This document shows positions 50,560-61,268 of a DNA stretch of 64,000 nt, piece after piece. Below the pieces are notes generated by a model. That model was not told the origin of the DNA. It searched no databases and was given only the letters and a program-made list of their open reading frames with translations. Position 1 is the stretch's first letter. Each line of letters starts with the position of its first letter. This stretch comes from Chiloscyllium plagiosum (taxonomy: Eukaryota). Made by a program: the position numbers and the translations under genes. Location: positions 12,677,180-12,741,179 of the forward strand of contig NC_057749.1 of assembly GCF_004010195.1 (NCBI RefSeq). Reading direction: 5' to 3'.

Positions 50560-51560
50560 TGCAGCTTACACCAACAGGGCCCTCACCACAAGGCGCGGGG
50601 GCGGGGGGGGGGGGGGGGGGCCTGCTCGTTCGGGCTTTCGGCGAGTTTTCCTGCCGTGGCCCGGCCGGCACTGCCTTACCTCGATGACCTCGTTGACCTC
50701 CCGGATACACTCCACCATGTGCTGGACGATCTGCTCGGCGCTCAACACCTCGTAGCGGTAATCCTCCTCCTCCTGCTCGGCGCCCAGGCCGCCCAGCCCG
50801 CCTAAACCTCCAAGGCCGCCGCCTCCACCGCCGACCCCGTCACCGTCCTGGCCAGGCTCCAGGCCGGGCTCCTGCATCTCCACCTCACCGATCTCGAAGT
50901 TATCCTCGGGCTCGCTCTCCTCGCTGTACTCATCCTCGTCGTACATGTAGCCCTCGTCCGAGTCCATGTTGTTGTGGATGCGGGCTGGGCTGATGTGACT
51001 GTTTGTGGGGGTGTCCCTGCCTCAGGCTGGGCTCGGATCGCCTCAAGCTCGGGCTGGGCTCGGCTCCGCTCTCTCCCCCCCGCCCCCCGGGCAGCGTTAC
51101 CGCAACAAAGGGACTGGGCCGCGCTCTCTCTCCCGGCGGCACCCGCGCCGCAGCCTGCACCCACCCTCCCTACCACCGGCCGGCAGGGCCCCGCACCGTC
51201 ACATCCGCCCCGCAACAGCGCCACTTCCGCTGCTGCAACTTTGCCCCTCTGTGATGTCAACCGTTCGTGAGTTTAGTGTCGACGTTTCTGACCCCGTACC
51301 CACAGTTTTACGCACCTCCTCTTCTCCCCCCCACGGGAGAGACTCTGAGTGCTAGCCCCGCCTCTCCCCTAAGCCCCGCCCGTTTCCAGGAGGCCCGCCT
51401 ACTCAAAAGCTCTTGCCCCATGCCGTGAGCATGCGCGATCGCAAATCTCTCTCCTCCTTACCCCGGGAGCAAACTGTCGGTCCCTCCTTCTCCCTGTCCG
51501 CCGCTGGGTGCGCGCGCGTGGGGCGTCCGTTGCTCCTGTTGTTCGCTCGGAAGTGAACGG
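50560..51560. promoter_or_regulatory. CpG-island promoter and 5' UTR of ARIH1
   Basis: Sharp rise in GC and CpG against an AT-rich, CpG-poor background; GC boxes (CCCGCC at about 51356, 51374, 51394); ETS motifs (CACTTCCG about 51222, CGGAAGTG about 51548); NRF1-like GCATGCGC about 51429; no TATA box seen. Confidence 0.85.
50680..50967 (-). CDS. ARIH1: ARIH1 coding exon 1 (acidic and Gly-rich N-terminus), 288 nt
   Basis: Translates [18 protein letters not shown]...[31 protein letters not shown], recognisably vertebrate ARIH1; start context aacATGG; donor GAG|GTAAGG. Confidence 0.97.
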
Positions 51561-51979
51561 CACTGGCATCTCCCTACCTGAGGATGTGGAAAATGGCTCA
51601 GGGTCAAAGTAACCCGAACAACTGCTTCAGCCCACCCTCACTCTTCAACACAGAGATGGAAAGCGCTGTTTATAAAGCAGCATTTTACACAGAATTAATC
51701 CTACTTCCTGATGTACAAGTTCGGATATCTTCTAGTGCACTCCTGGCCTGGTAGCGCTTTTAAAATTTATAAATACTCGTTCTTGTTTTCAAAACCGCCG
51801 TTGACATCATCTCTTATTTTCTCTCATTTCTCCAGCTTTATAACCACCCGAAAGACCCTGGGTAGCTCCGATTCTGGTCTCTTGAGTATCCTCAATTGTT
51901 ATCACAAGAACAAAAGTAGGCTAGTCATCCCGTTCTGCTTTGTTATATAATACAAAAAAGCTGATCATCTTCCTCAATG

Positions 51980-52445
51980 AAGATGAGGAAGCTTTGGAGA
52001 GGGTGCAGAGAAGATTTACCAGGATGTTGCCTGGAATGGAGAGGAAGTCGTACGAGGATAGGTTGAGAGTTCTCGGCCTTTTCTCGTTGGAACGGCGAAG
52101 GATGAGGGGTGACTTGATAGAGGTTTATAAGATGATCAGAGGAATAGATAGAGTAGACAGTCAGAAACTTTTTCCCCGGGTACAACAGAGTGTTACAAGG
52201 GGACATAAATTTAAGGTGAAGGGTGGAAGGTATAGGGGAGATGTCAGGGGTGGGTTCTTTACCCAGAGAGTGGTGGGGGCATGGAATGCGCTGCCCGTGG
52301 GAGTGGTAGAGTCGGAATCATTGGCGACCTTTAAGCGGCATTTGGATAGGTACATGGATGGGTACTTAATCTAGGTTAGAAGTTCGGCACAACATCGTGG
52401 GCCGAAGGGCCTGTTCTGTGCTGTATTGTTCTATGTTCTATGTTC
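51980..52445 (+). mobile_element. Young 5'-truncated CR1 3' end with (CTATGTT)n tail
   Basis: Uninterrupted frame [16 protein letters not shown]...FKRHLDRYM* with CpGs retained. Confidence 0.92.
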
Positions 52446-53232
52446 AATATTACGTTTTCACATACTTCCAAATCATATCCTTTCATGTAATTAATGTTTA
52501 GAGATCTATGGATTTATCTCTTCCACATGCTCAAGAATTCAGCTTCACAGTACTCGAAGGTTCATTGGTGGCCATGCCTTCTGCTGCCTGGGCCATAAAC
52601 TCTGGAGTTCACTCTCCAAACCCCTCTGCCTGTCTACCTTCCTTTCCTCCCTTAAAATGCACCTTTAAATCTACATCTTCAATTAATCTTCGTTCAAAAC
52701 TAAATAAGGTAAATGCTGGAGAAACTAGGCAAGTCTGATAACATCTGCAGAGAGAGGAGAGTTAACACGTCAAGTCCAGTATGACTCTTTAGAATCTTTT
52801 GACCATCTGTCCAAATATTTCTTTATGCAGTAAAATAACAAATTCTGTTAAAAGTAAAATTTAATTTTGGACTTGAGAATTTGTAGTTTTCTTGACTAGA
52901 TAATAACATAAAATATTTCTACCAAGCTACTTTCTACCACTGTTTAGAAGTTGCCGAGTGCCAAAGAAAGATGCATAGCTATGAGCAACGAAGAAAGTGA
53001 AACAGAACCTGTATGGCAAGGGAGACTGAGAAAGGCTGTAACATAACAGCAATAGAATTTTATAACACAAAAGGTAGCCTTTTGTTCATTGTCTTCATAC
53101 TAGCTTTCAAAAAGAGCTATGTGTTCCATTCATTCACCCCCTTTCCCTGAGCACCTTTGGAAATGTTTTAGCATTATTAATTTTTTTTTACTGTAGATGC
53201 TGTTTGCAGAAAAACAAAAGTATGGGTTTATA

Positions 53233-53732
53233 NNNNNNNNNNNNNNNNNNNNNNNNNNNNNNNNNNNNNNNNNNNNNNNNNNNNNNNNNNNNNNNNNNNN
53301 NNNNNNNNNNNNNNNNNNNNNNNNNNNNNNNNNNNNNNNNNNNNNNNNNNNNNNNNNNNNNNNNNNNNNNNNNNNNNNNNNNNNNNNNNNNNNNNNNNNN
53401 NNNNNNNNNNNNNNNNNNNNNNNNNNNNNNNNNNNNNNNNNNNNNNNNNNNNNNNNNNNNNNNNNNNNNNNNNNNNNNNNNNNNNNNNNNNNNNNNNNNN
53501 NNNNNNNNNNNNNNNNNNNNNNNNNNNNNNNNNNNNNNNNNNNNNNNNNNNNNNNNNNNNNNNNNNNNNNNNNNNNNNNNNNNNNNNNNNNNNNNNNNNN
53601 NNNNNNNNNNNNNNNNNNNNNNNNNNNNNNNNNNNNNNNNNNNNNNNNNNNNNNNNNNNNNNNNNNNNNNNNNNNNNNNNNNNNNNNNNNNNNNNNNNNN
53701 NNNNNNNNNNNNNNNNNNNNNNNNNNNNNNNN
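53233..53732. other. Assembly gap (500 N)
   Basis: Run of N. Confidence 1.
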
Positions 53733-53969
53733 GGCACCCTTCAGCCTCCTATGCTCCAGGGAAAAAAGCCCCAGCCTATCCAGTCTCTCCTTATAACTCA
53801 AACCTTCCAGTCTTGGCAACATCCATGCAAATCTTTTTTGCACACTTTCCAGTTTAATAACACCCTTCCCATAACAGGGCAACCAGAATTGTACACAGTA
53901 GTCAAAATATGGCCTTACCAATAACTTGTAAATGATGTCCCATTCTGTACCCTCAATGCTCTGACCGAT

Positions 53970-54512
53970 TGTGGTGTAAAATTATGTCCCAATACATGTG
54001 TGAATCATAATGTAACACATGTATTGGGCCAAGCAGTGGAATGTGGTGAAACGGTTAAAGATTATGTCCCAATACATGTGTGAATCTAACCGGAATGGAG
54101 GTGTTGCTTAGTCCCGTGTGAATCTTATTACACACCTCCCCGTGTGAATCTTCTTATCTGTATGTAACCAGAATGGAATGTGTTTTTTAGCCTTGCTCTG
54201 CTGTTCACATGAATGTTTATATCTGGAAAAGAGTATATCAGCTGGAAAAGTCTCCAGTTCGGTGAGTCTGCTCCGGGGTTATGTTTAACCGCCGAGCGTG
54301 GGTTGTTGGCAGCCGCTCTACGAGAACTGACGGCTCCCAGTTCCGGTAACATGTAGAGTGAGTATAAGCCAGACCCGTTGTAAGTATGAGACCTGGTTGT
54401 GGCGACGCTGCGGGGAATAAAATGCTCATATTCTAGCAGACTCGCCTCTTGGTCGTTTGTTCTGTGTCAGACTACTCTTCTACGAACCTGACCTTGAGAA
54501 TTTTTTAAAACA
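53970..54512 (+). mobile_element. Solo LTR (543 bp) of an LTR retrotransposon or endogenous retrovirus
   Basis: Starts TGT and ends ACA; perfect 5-bp TSD CCGAT (53965-53969, 54513-54517); TATAAG at 54363 and AATAAA at 54416; internal repeats in the U3-like part. Confidence 0.85.
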
Positions 54513-54589
54513 CCGATGAAGGCGTGTATTAACTACTTTCCTCACCACCCTGTCTATCTATGACATGACTTTCAAGGAACTATATACCT

Positions 54590-54645
54590 GCACCCCTAGG
54601 TCTCTCTATTCAACAACGCACCCCTAGGTCTCTCTATTCAACAAC
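54590..54645. repeat. Perfect 28-bp tandem duplication
   Basis: GCACCCCTAGGTCTCTCTATTCAACAAC twice. Confidence 0.9.
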
Positions 54646-54734
54646 ACTCCCCAAGATCCTACAATGAACTGTTTAAGTCCTGCCCTGGTCTGTGTTATCA
54701 AAATGCAACACCTTGCATTATTCAGAGAGTCATA

Positions 54735-55720
54735 GAAATAGGATAAATAGACAAGGTATTTTCCCTGGAATGGGGGAATCCAGAACTAGAGGGCATAGGT
54801 TTAGGGTGAGAGGGGAAAGATATAAAAGGAACCTAAGGGACAACATTTTCACCTAGAGGGTGGTGCATGTATGGAATGAGCTGCCAGAGGAAGTGGTGGA
54901 GCCTGGTACAATTACAACATTTAAAAGGCATCTGGATGGGTATATGAATAGGAAGGGATATCAGCTAAGTGCTGGCAAATAGGACTAGATTAGGTTAAGA
55001 TATCTGATCAGCATGGACGATTTGAACCAAAGGGTCTGTTTCCGTGCTGTGCATCTCTATGACTCTATAGCAGGGAAACTGGAATTGCACAAAGTATTTC
55101 AAAAGATTCATAGATTTGTACAGTGCAGAAAAGACCTTTTGGCCCAACGAATCTGCACTGACAAAACTGGTACTAAAAGTATGCTAATCCCAATTTCATG
55201 CTTTTGTCCCATATTCTTTAATGTTATGATATTTGAAGTATACATCCAAATATTTTTTTAGAAGTTTTAAGGTTTCCAATCTCCACTACTTTCCCAGGCA
55301 GTGCATTCCAGATTCCTACCATCTGCTGAGTGAAAAAATTTATTTCCCAAATCCTCTCTGCATCTCCTGTCCCTTACCCTGAAACTATGCCCTCTTGTAA
55401 TTGAACCCTCAACCAAGGGGACCAGCTGCTGTATTCACCCTGTCCATTGACCTCAACCTTATATACCTCATCATGTCTCACCTCAGTCTTTTCTGCTCTG
55501 AAGAAAACAATCCAAGACTTCCAAGTCTTTCCTTATAGCTCAATTTCTCCATCCTAGGCAACATCCTGGTGAACCTCCTCTGTACCCACTCTTGTGTTAT
55601 CGCATCCTTCTTGTAGTGAGGTAACCAGAACTACACCCAGTACTCCCGTTGTGTCATGTACAACTCCTCTTTACTCTTATACACTATACCATGACTGATG
55701 AAAGCAAGTGTCCCATTTGC
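54735..55720. mobile_element. CR1 3' fragments (plus 54735-55068, minus about 55107-55720)
   Basis: Match CR1 3' ends elsewhere in the window. Confidence 0.75.
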
Positions 55721-55791
55721 ATTAATTAAGATTCTGAAAGGGGAGGGCGAACAGCCAGAAATCGTGTTACATATTGGCACCAATGATATAG

Positions 55792-55916
55792 GAGGAAGTG
55801 AGGACTGCAGATGCTGGAGATCAGAGCTGAAAATGTGTTGCTGGAAAAGCGCAGCAGGTTAGACAGCATTCAAGGAGCAGGAGAATTGACGTTTCGGGCA
55901 TGAGCCCTTCTTCAGG
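55792..55916 (-). mobile_element. 125-bp PLE family A terminal-repeat insertion with perfect 12-bp TSD
   Basis: CCAATGATATAG at 55780-55791 and 55917-55928. Confidence 0.88.
55883..55916 (-). ncRNA. Hammerhead core (PLE family A); 5' strand of stem I lost at the insertion junction
   Basis: CTGAAGA-A-GGGC-TCAT-GCCC-GAAAC-GTC-AATTC. Confidence 0.65.
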
Positions 55917-56698
55917 CCAATGATATAGCCAGGAAAAGGATCGAGGATATAAAAAGTGACTTCAGGGAGTTAGAATGGAAGCTGCAGAGCAGGACGAACA
56001 AAGTAGTGTTCTCGGGTTTACTACCAGTGCCACGAGATAGCGAGGTGAGGAACAGGGAGCGGGCGCAGCTTAACACGTGGCTGCGCAGCTAGTGTAGGAG
56101 GGAGGGCTTCAGATATGTAGATAATTGGGATGCCTTCTGGGGAAGGTGGGACCTGTACATGAAGGACGGGTTGCACCTGAACTGGAAGGGGACCAATGTC
56201 TTGGGTAGAAGGTTTGCTCGAGTGGTTCAGGAGGGTTTAAACTAGTATGGCAAGGGGGTGGGAACCTGAGCTATATACCGGTGGTGAGAGTTGATGGAGA
56301 TGAGGCAATAGCAAGAGGTAGCGCAGCCAGTGTGAAGGAATTTCCTGGGAAAGAACCAAGGGATCGGTTGAAGTGTGTTTGCTTTAAGGCAAGGAGTAGA
56401 ATAAAAGTGATGAGCTTAGAGCATGGATCAGTACCTGGTGCTATGATGTGGCCATAACAGAGATGTGGGTTTCTCAGGGGCAGGAATGGTTGCTGGATGT
56501 CCAGGGTTTAGAACATTTAAAAAGAATGGGGGGGGGGGGGGGAAGAGGAGGGGGTGTAGCACTGCTAATCAGAGAGGGTATCACAGCTACAGAAGTTACC
56601 ATTGTCGAGGAGGGTGTGCCGACTGAGTCAATACGGGTGGAAATTAGGAGCAGTAAGGGAGCAGTCACCTCATTAGGGATTTACTACAGGCCTCCCAA

Positions 56699-57487
56699 AA
56701 GAAGTTGCATCAAGACACTGTTCAAAAGGGCTACAACACACTGCAGTACACCAGAACTGCAAAAAGAGGAAGAAGAACACCTATACAATGTATTCGGCAA
56801 AAACGGAAACGCACGCAATTTCATCAACAGATGCCTAAGGGAAAGACAACGGAACGAGGACATGCCGCAACCCAAAGGACTAGCCACACTATCATATATC
56901 AAGAGCATTTCCGAACTGACAGCCAGACTACTGCGACCACTAGGACTNNNNNNNNNNNNNNNNNNNNNNNNNNNNNNNNNNNNNNATGTAGTGTACAAAA
57001 TCCCATGCAAGGACTGCACAAAACACTACATAGGACAAACAGGAAGACAGCTAACGATCCGCATCCATGAACACCAACTAGCCGCGAAACGACATGACCA
57101 GCTATCCTTAGTAGCCACACAGGCAGATGACAAGCAACATGAGTTCGACTGGGACAACACTACTATTATAGGACAAGCCAAACAGAGAACAGCCAGGGAA
57201 TTCCTAGAGGCATGGCACTCATCCACAGATTCAATCAATAAGCACATCAACCTGGACCCAGTATACCGACCACTGCAACGGATAGCTGGAAATGACAACT
57301 GGAAGCGGCAGATTCAAACCACTACAAATGGCGGAGGGAAGATCACAGCAGCGCTTCACAGGAGGCTCACAAGCACTGAGGATGTCACCTAGACGGGACA
57401 AAACGTCTGCAACACAAATTCCCAGCTCGGCGAACAGAACCACAACAACGAGCACCCGAGCTACAAATCTTCTCACAAACTTTGAAC
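56699..57487 (+). mobile_element. Penelope-like element family B (RT C-terminus, GIY-YIG, 3' repeat) nested in the CR1 APE domain
   Basis: KRSCIKTLFKRATTHC, VVYKIPCKDCTKHYIGQTGRQLTIRIHEH (GIY-YIG); host YRPP|NSSREIE resumes at about 57488; contains a 39-N gap (56948-56986). Confidence 0.9.
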
Positions 57488-59802
57488 CCCCAATAGCAGC
57501 AGGGAGATTGAAGAAAGCATATGTTGGCAGATTTTGGAAAAGTGTGAATGTAGCAGGGTTGTTATGATGGGTGACTTTAACTTTCCCAATATTGATTGGA
57601 ACCTCCTTCGAGCAGATGGTTTGGAAGGAGCTGCTTTTGTAAGGTGTGTTCAGGAGGGTTTCCCAACTCAGTACGTTGACAGGTCGACGAGGGGAGAGGC
57701 AATGAGCCGGGGCAGATGTCAGATCTTGCGGTGGGAGAGCATTTTGGTGATAGTGACCACAACTGTCTCACATTCTACATAGCTATGGAGAAGGAGAGAA
57801 GCAGGCACAATGGGAGGATACTTAATTGGGGAAAAGGAAACTATGATGCTATCAGACGTGAGTTAGAAAGCAATGACTGGGAGCAATTGTTCCATGGAAA
57901 GGGCACTAGAGACATGTGGAGACTGTTTAAGGAACAGTTGTTGCAAGTGATGCATAAATGTGTTCCTCTGAGACATGCAAGAAGGAGTAAGATAAAGGAA
58001 CCTTGGATGACGAGAGCGGAGGAGCTTCTCGTCAAAAGAAAGAAAGCAGCTTACGTAGGGTGGAGAAAGCAAGGGTCTTGCTCAGCTCTAGAGGATTAGA
58101 GCAGGTGAGGAAGGAGCTCAAAAATGGTCTGAGAGCCAGGAGGGGGTACGATAAAGGCTTGGCAGGAAGGATTAGGGAGAATCCAAAGGCATTTTACACG
58201 TATGTGAGGAATAAGAGAATGATCAAAGAGAGAGTAGGGCCGATCAGGGATAGCATAGGGAACTTGTGTCTAGAGTCTGAGGAGGTAGGGGAATCCCTAA
58301 ATGAGTTTTTTCCTTCTGTCTTTACTAAATAAAAGGACCTTATAGTGAATGAAACCATTGAGGAGCAGGTAAGCATGCTGGAACGGATAGAGATTGAGGA
58401 AGCTGATGTGCTGAAAAGTTTGACAAACATTAAGATTGACAAGTCGCCAGGGCCAGACCAGATTGGTCCTCGGCTGCTTTGGGAAGCGAGAAATGTGATT
58501 GCTTCGCCACTTGCGAAGGTCTTTGCATCCTTGCCCTCCACCGGAGTTGTACCTGAGGACTGGAGAGAGGCAAATGTAATTCCTCTCTTCAAGAAAGGAA
58601 ATAGGGAAATTCCCAGCAATTACAGACCAGTCAGTCTCACGTCTGTCGTCTGCAAGGTGTTAGAAAGGATTCTGAGGGATAGGATTTATGACCATCTGGA
58701 AGAGCATGGCTTGATTAAATGCAGTCAGCAAGGCTTTGTGAGGGGCAGGTCATGCCTTACACTCTTATTGAGTTCTTTGAGGATATTACTAGACAAGTTG
58801 ATGAGGGTCGAGCGGTGGATGTGGTGTATATGGACTTCAGCAAGGCATTTGATAAGATTCCCCATGGTAGGCTCATTCAGAAGGTCAGGAGGAATGGGAT
58901 ACAGGGAAATTTAACTGTCTGGATACAGAAAGTGGTAGTGGAAGGAAAGTATTCTGCCTGGAAGTCAGTGGTGAGTGGTGTTCCACAGGGGTCTGTTCTT
59001 GGGCCTCTACTCTTTGTAATTTTTATTAATGACTTGGATGAGGGGATTGAAGGATGGGTTAGCAAGTTTGCAGACGACACAAAGGTTGGAGGTGTAGTTG
59101 ACAGTATAGAGGACTGTTGTCGGCTGCAGCATGACATTGACAGGATGCAGAGATGGGCTGAGAGGTGGCAGATGGAGTTCAACCTGGATAAATACGAATT
59201 GATGCATTTTGGAAGGTCGAACTTGAAAGTTGAGTACAGGATTAAAGACAGGATTCTTGGCAGTGTGGAGAAACAGCGGGATCTTGGTGTGCAGGTACAT
59301 AGATCCCTTAAAATTGCACCCAAGTGGACAGGGTTGTTAAGAAAGCATATGATGTTTTGGCTTTCATTCACAGGGGGATTGAGTTTAAGAGCCGTGAGAT
59401 CTTGTTGTAGCTCTATAAAACTTTGGTTAGACCGCACTTGGAATACTGTGTCCAGTTCTGGTTGCCCTATTATAGGAAAGATGTGGATGCTTTGGACAGG
59501 GTTCAGAGGAGGTTTACCAGGATGCTGCCTGGAAGGGGGCTTATCTTATGAAGAGAGGTTGACTGAGCTCTGACTTTTTTCATTGGAAAAAAGGAAGAGA
59601 AGGGACCTAATTGAGGTATACAAGATAATGAGAGGCATAGATAGAGTTGATAGCCATTTAAGAGACTGCTGGACATGCATATGGTCACAGAAATTTGAGG
59701 GTTCGTACATTAGGTTTACCTTACATGAGGATCAATGGTTAGCACAACATCGTGGGCTGAAGGGCCTGTTCTGTGCTGTACTGTTCTTTGTTCTATGTTC
59801 TA

Positions 59803-61090
59803 TCCTATTCACGTGCTCTGCCGACTTCAGAGATCTGTGAATAATTGCCCCAAGATCCCTCTGTTCCTCTAAGCTACTACATGTCCTGCCATTCATTAAG
59901 TTTTCCCTTATCTTGTTCCTTCTTTAAAACTGCATCACCTCATACTTATCAAAGTTAAATATCATCTGCCACTAGTGTGTCCATATGACCAACCCATTTA
60001 TATTTTCCTGTAACCTACACACATCTTCGCTATTAGCCAATCTACTAATCATGGTGTTGTCTGCAAATTTGCTTAACATTCCCTCCATATTTTCATTTAT
60101 AACATTGATTAGTCTAAAGTAAACTCCATCTGCCATTCCTTGACCTACTGTCCCTGATGATCAAGATCCCATTGTACTCGTAAACAAACTTCTTCACTGT
60201 CCGCCAAATTACCAATTTTGGTGCCATCTACAAACTTACTAACCATGCCTCCTATATTCTCAATCAAGTTGTTTCTGTAAATGACAAATACCAGCAGCAC
60301 ATCACTGGTCACAGACCTCCAGTCTGAACAATGATCCTCTACTACTATTCTGTCTCCTACCATTAAGTCAATTTTGTATCCAATTGGCTCTCTCTCCCTG
60401 GATCCCATGTAATCTAATCTTACCCTCTACCACTGTTCACCTATCACCTCCTCACCACTCCACCTCTCTCCCCACCCAAATCCTCCCCCACCCTCATCCC
60501 CCTCCCCCACCTTATCTGCAGCTCCCCTTACCCTCACTCCCAATCCTGATGGAGGGTTATACTCAAAACGTTAACTTCTCCACCTCCTGATGCTGCCTGA
60601 CTTGCTATATTCTTCCAGTCTTTTGCTTGTCTATTTAATCTTGGTAACCAGTCTTCCATGTGGAACCTGTCGAAGGCTTTGCTGAAGTCCATGTCGACAA
60701 AGTATATGTTCTGCCTTCATCTATCTTCTTGGTCAAATTCCCATGCACAAAACCATACTGACCGTCCCTGATCAGTCCTTGCCTTTCCAAATGCTTGTAG
60801 ATGCTGTCTCTCAGGATCTCCACCAACAACTTACTCACCGCAGACATTAGGCTCACTGGCCTGTAGTTCCCTGGCTTTTCCTTGCAGTCTTCCTTTATTA
60901 ATGGCATAACATTAGCCACCCTCCAGTCTTCCAGCACGTCATCTGTGGTTATCAATGATGTAAAATATCTCCACTAAGGACACCTCAATTTCATCCCTAG
61001 CTTCCCACAATGTCCTTGATACACTTGATCACATCCCAGTGATTTATCTACCTTTATGTGTTTTAAGACCTCCAGCATCTCTTTTATAAT
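59803..61090 (-). mobile_element. Decayed CR1 fragments, with a PLE-like 3' piece at about 60430-60635
   Basis: EDWRVANVMPL..PGNYRPVSL and VSKFVDGTKIG; decayed hammerhead-like CTGATGGAGGGTTATACTCAAAACGTT at about 60546. Confidence 0.75.
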
Positions 61091-61116
61091 GTTGCTAGTT
61101 GATATCACTTTGTATA

Positions 61117-61268
61117 CAGAGGAACCTCAATTATCCGGCATTTGATTATCTGAATTTCGGATTATCCAAACTAAACTGTGTTATCTGGCATTCAATTATC
61201 CAAACATTCGATTATCCAAACAAAACACACTCCCCACCTGTGTCGTTCAGATAATTGAGGTTCCTCCG
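61117..61268. mobile_element. Tc1/mariner-superfamily (Tigger/pogo-like) MITE, 152 bp
   Basis: TA TSD on both sides; 21-bp TIRs CAGAGGAACCTCAATTATCCG and CAGATAATTGAGGTTCCTCCG (2 mismatches); internal ATTATC subrepeats. Confidence 0.85.

Larger units (their letters stand above)
53733..54720 (-). mobile_element. CR1 LINE fragment interrupted by a solo LTR
   Basis: VRPYFDYCVQFW..LESVQKRF..RLDRLGLFSLE; host sequence resumes at 54513. Confidence 0.8.
55735..59802 (+). mobile_element. Long CR1 LINE: ORF1 SGNH-esterase C-terminal part and ORF2 (APE + RT), inactivated, with two nested PLE insertions
   Basis: ORF1 IVLHIGTNDI...DGLHLN; APE AITEMW, GGGVALLI, YYRPP, MGDFNFPNIDW, SDHN; RT KSPGPDQI, NYRPVSLTS, DFSKAFDKIPH, GVPQGSVLGP, FADD; tail CTATGTTCTA. 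Confidence 0.93.

Noticed and set aside
50802..51355. Several overlapping Pro/Ala/Arg-rich ORFs in the CpG island
   Set aside because: Stop-poor GC-rich sequence, mostly non-ATG starts, no recognisable domain.
52948..53075. Possible plus-strand exon with short ORF MSNEESETEPVWQGRLRKAVT*
   Set aside because: Only 21 codons, weak splice signals, no recognisable homology.
53130..53921. Long ORFs of 169-263 aa in the ORF track
   Set aside because: They are open only because they cross the 500-N gap; the real part is CR1 sequence.
57373..57410. Third family B hammerhead as an active ribozyme
   Set aside because: GAAA is mutated to AAAA and stem II has a 2-nt deletion; kept only as evidence for the consensus.
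61117..61268. Regularly spaced short repeats resembling a CRISPR-like array
   Set aside because: Eukaryotic context, repeats only about 6-10 bp, and explained by a TA-flanked MITE.
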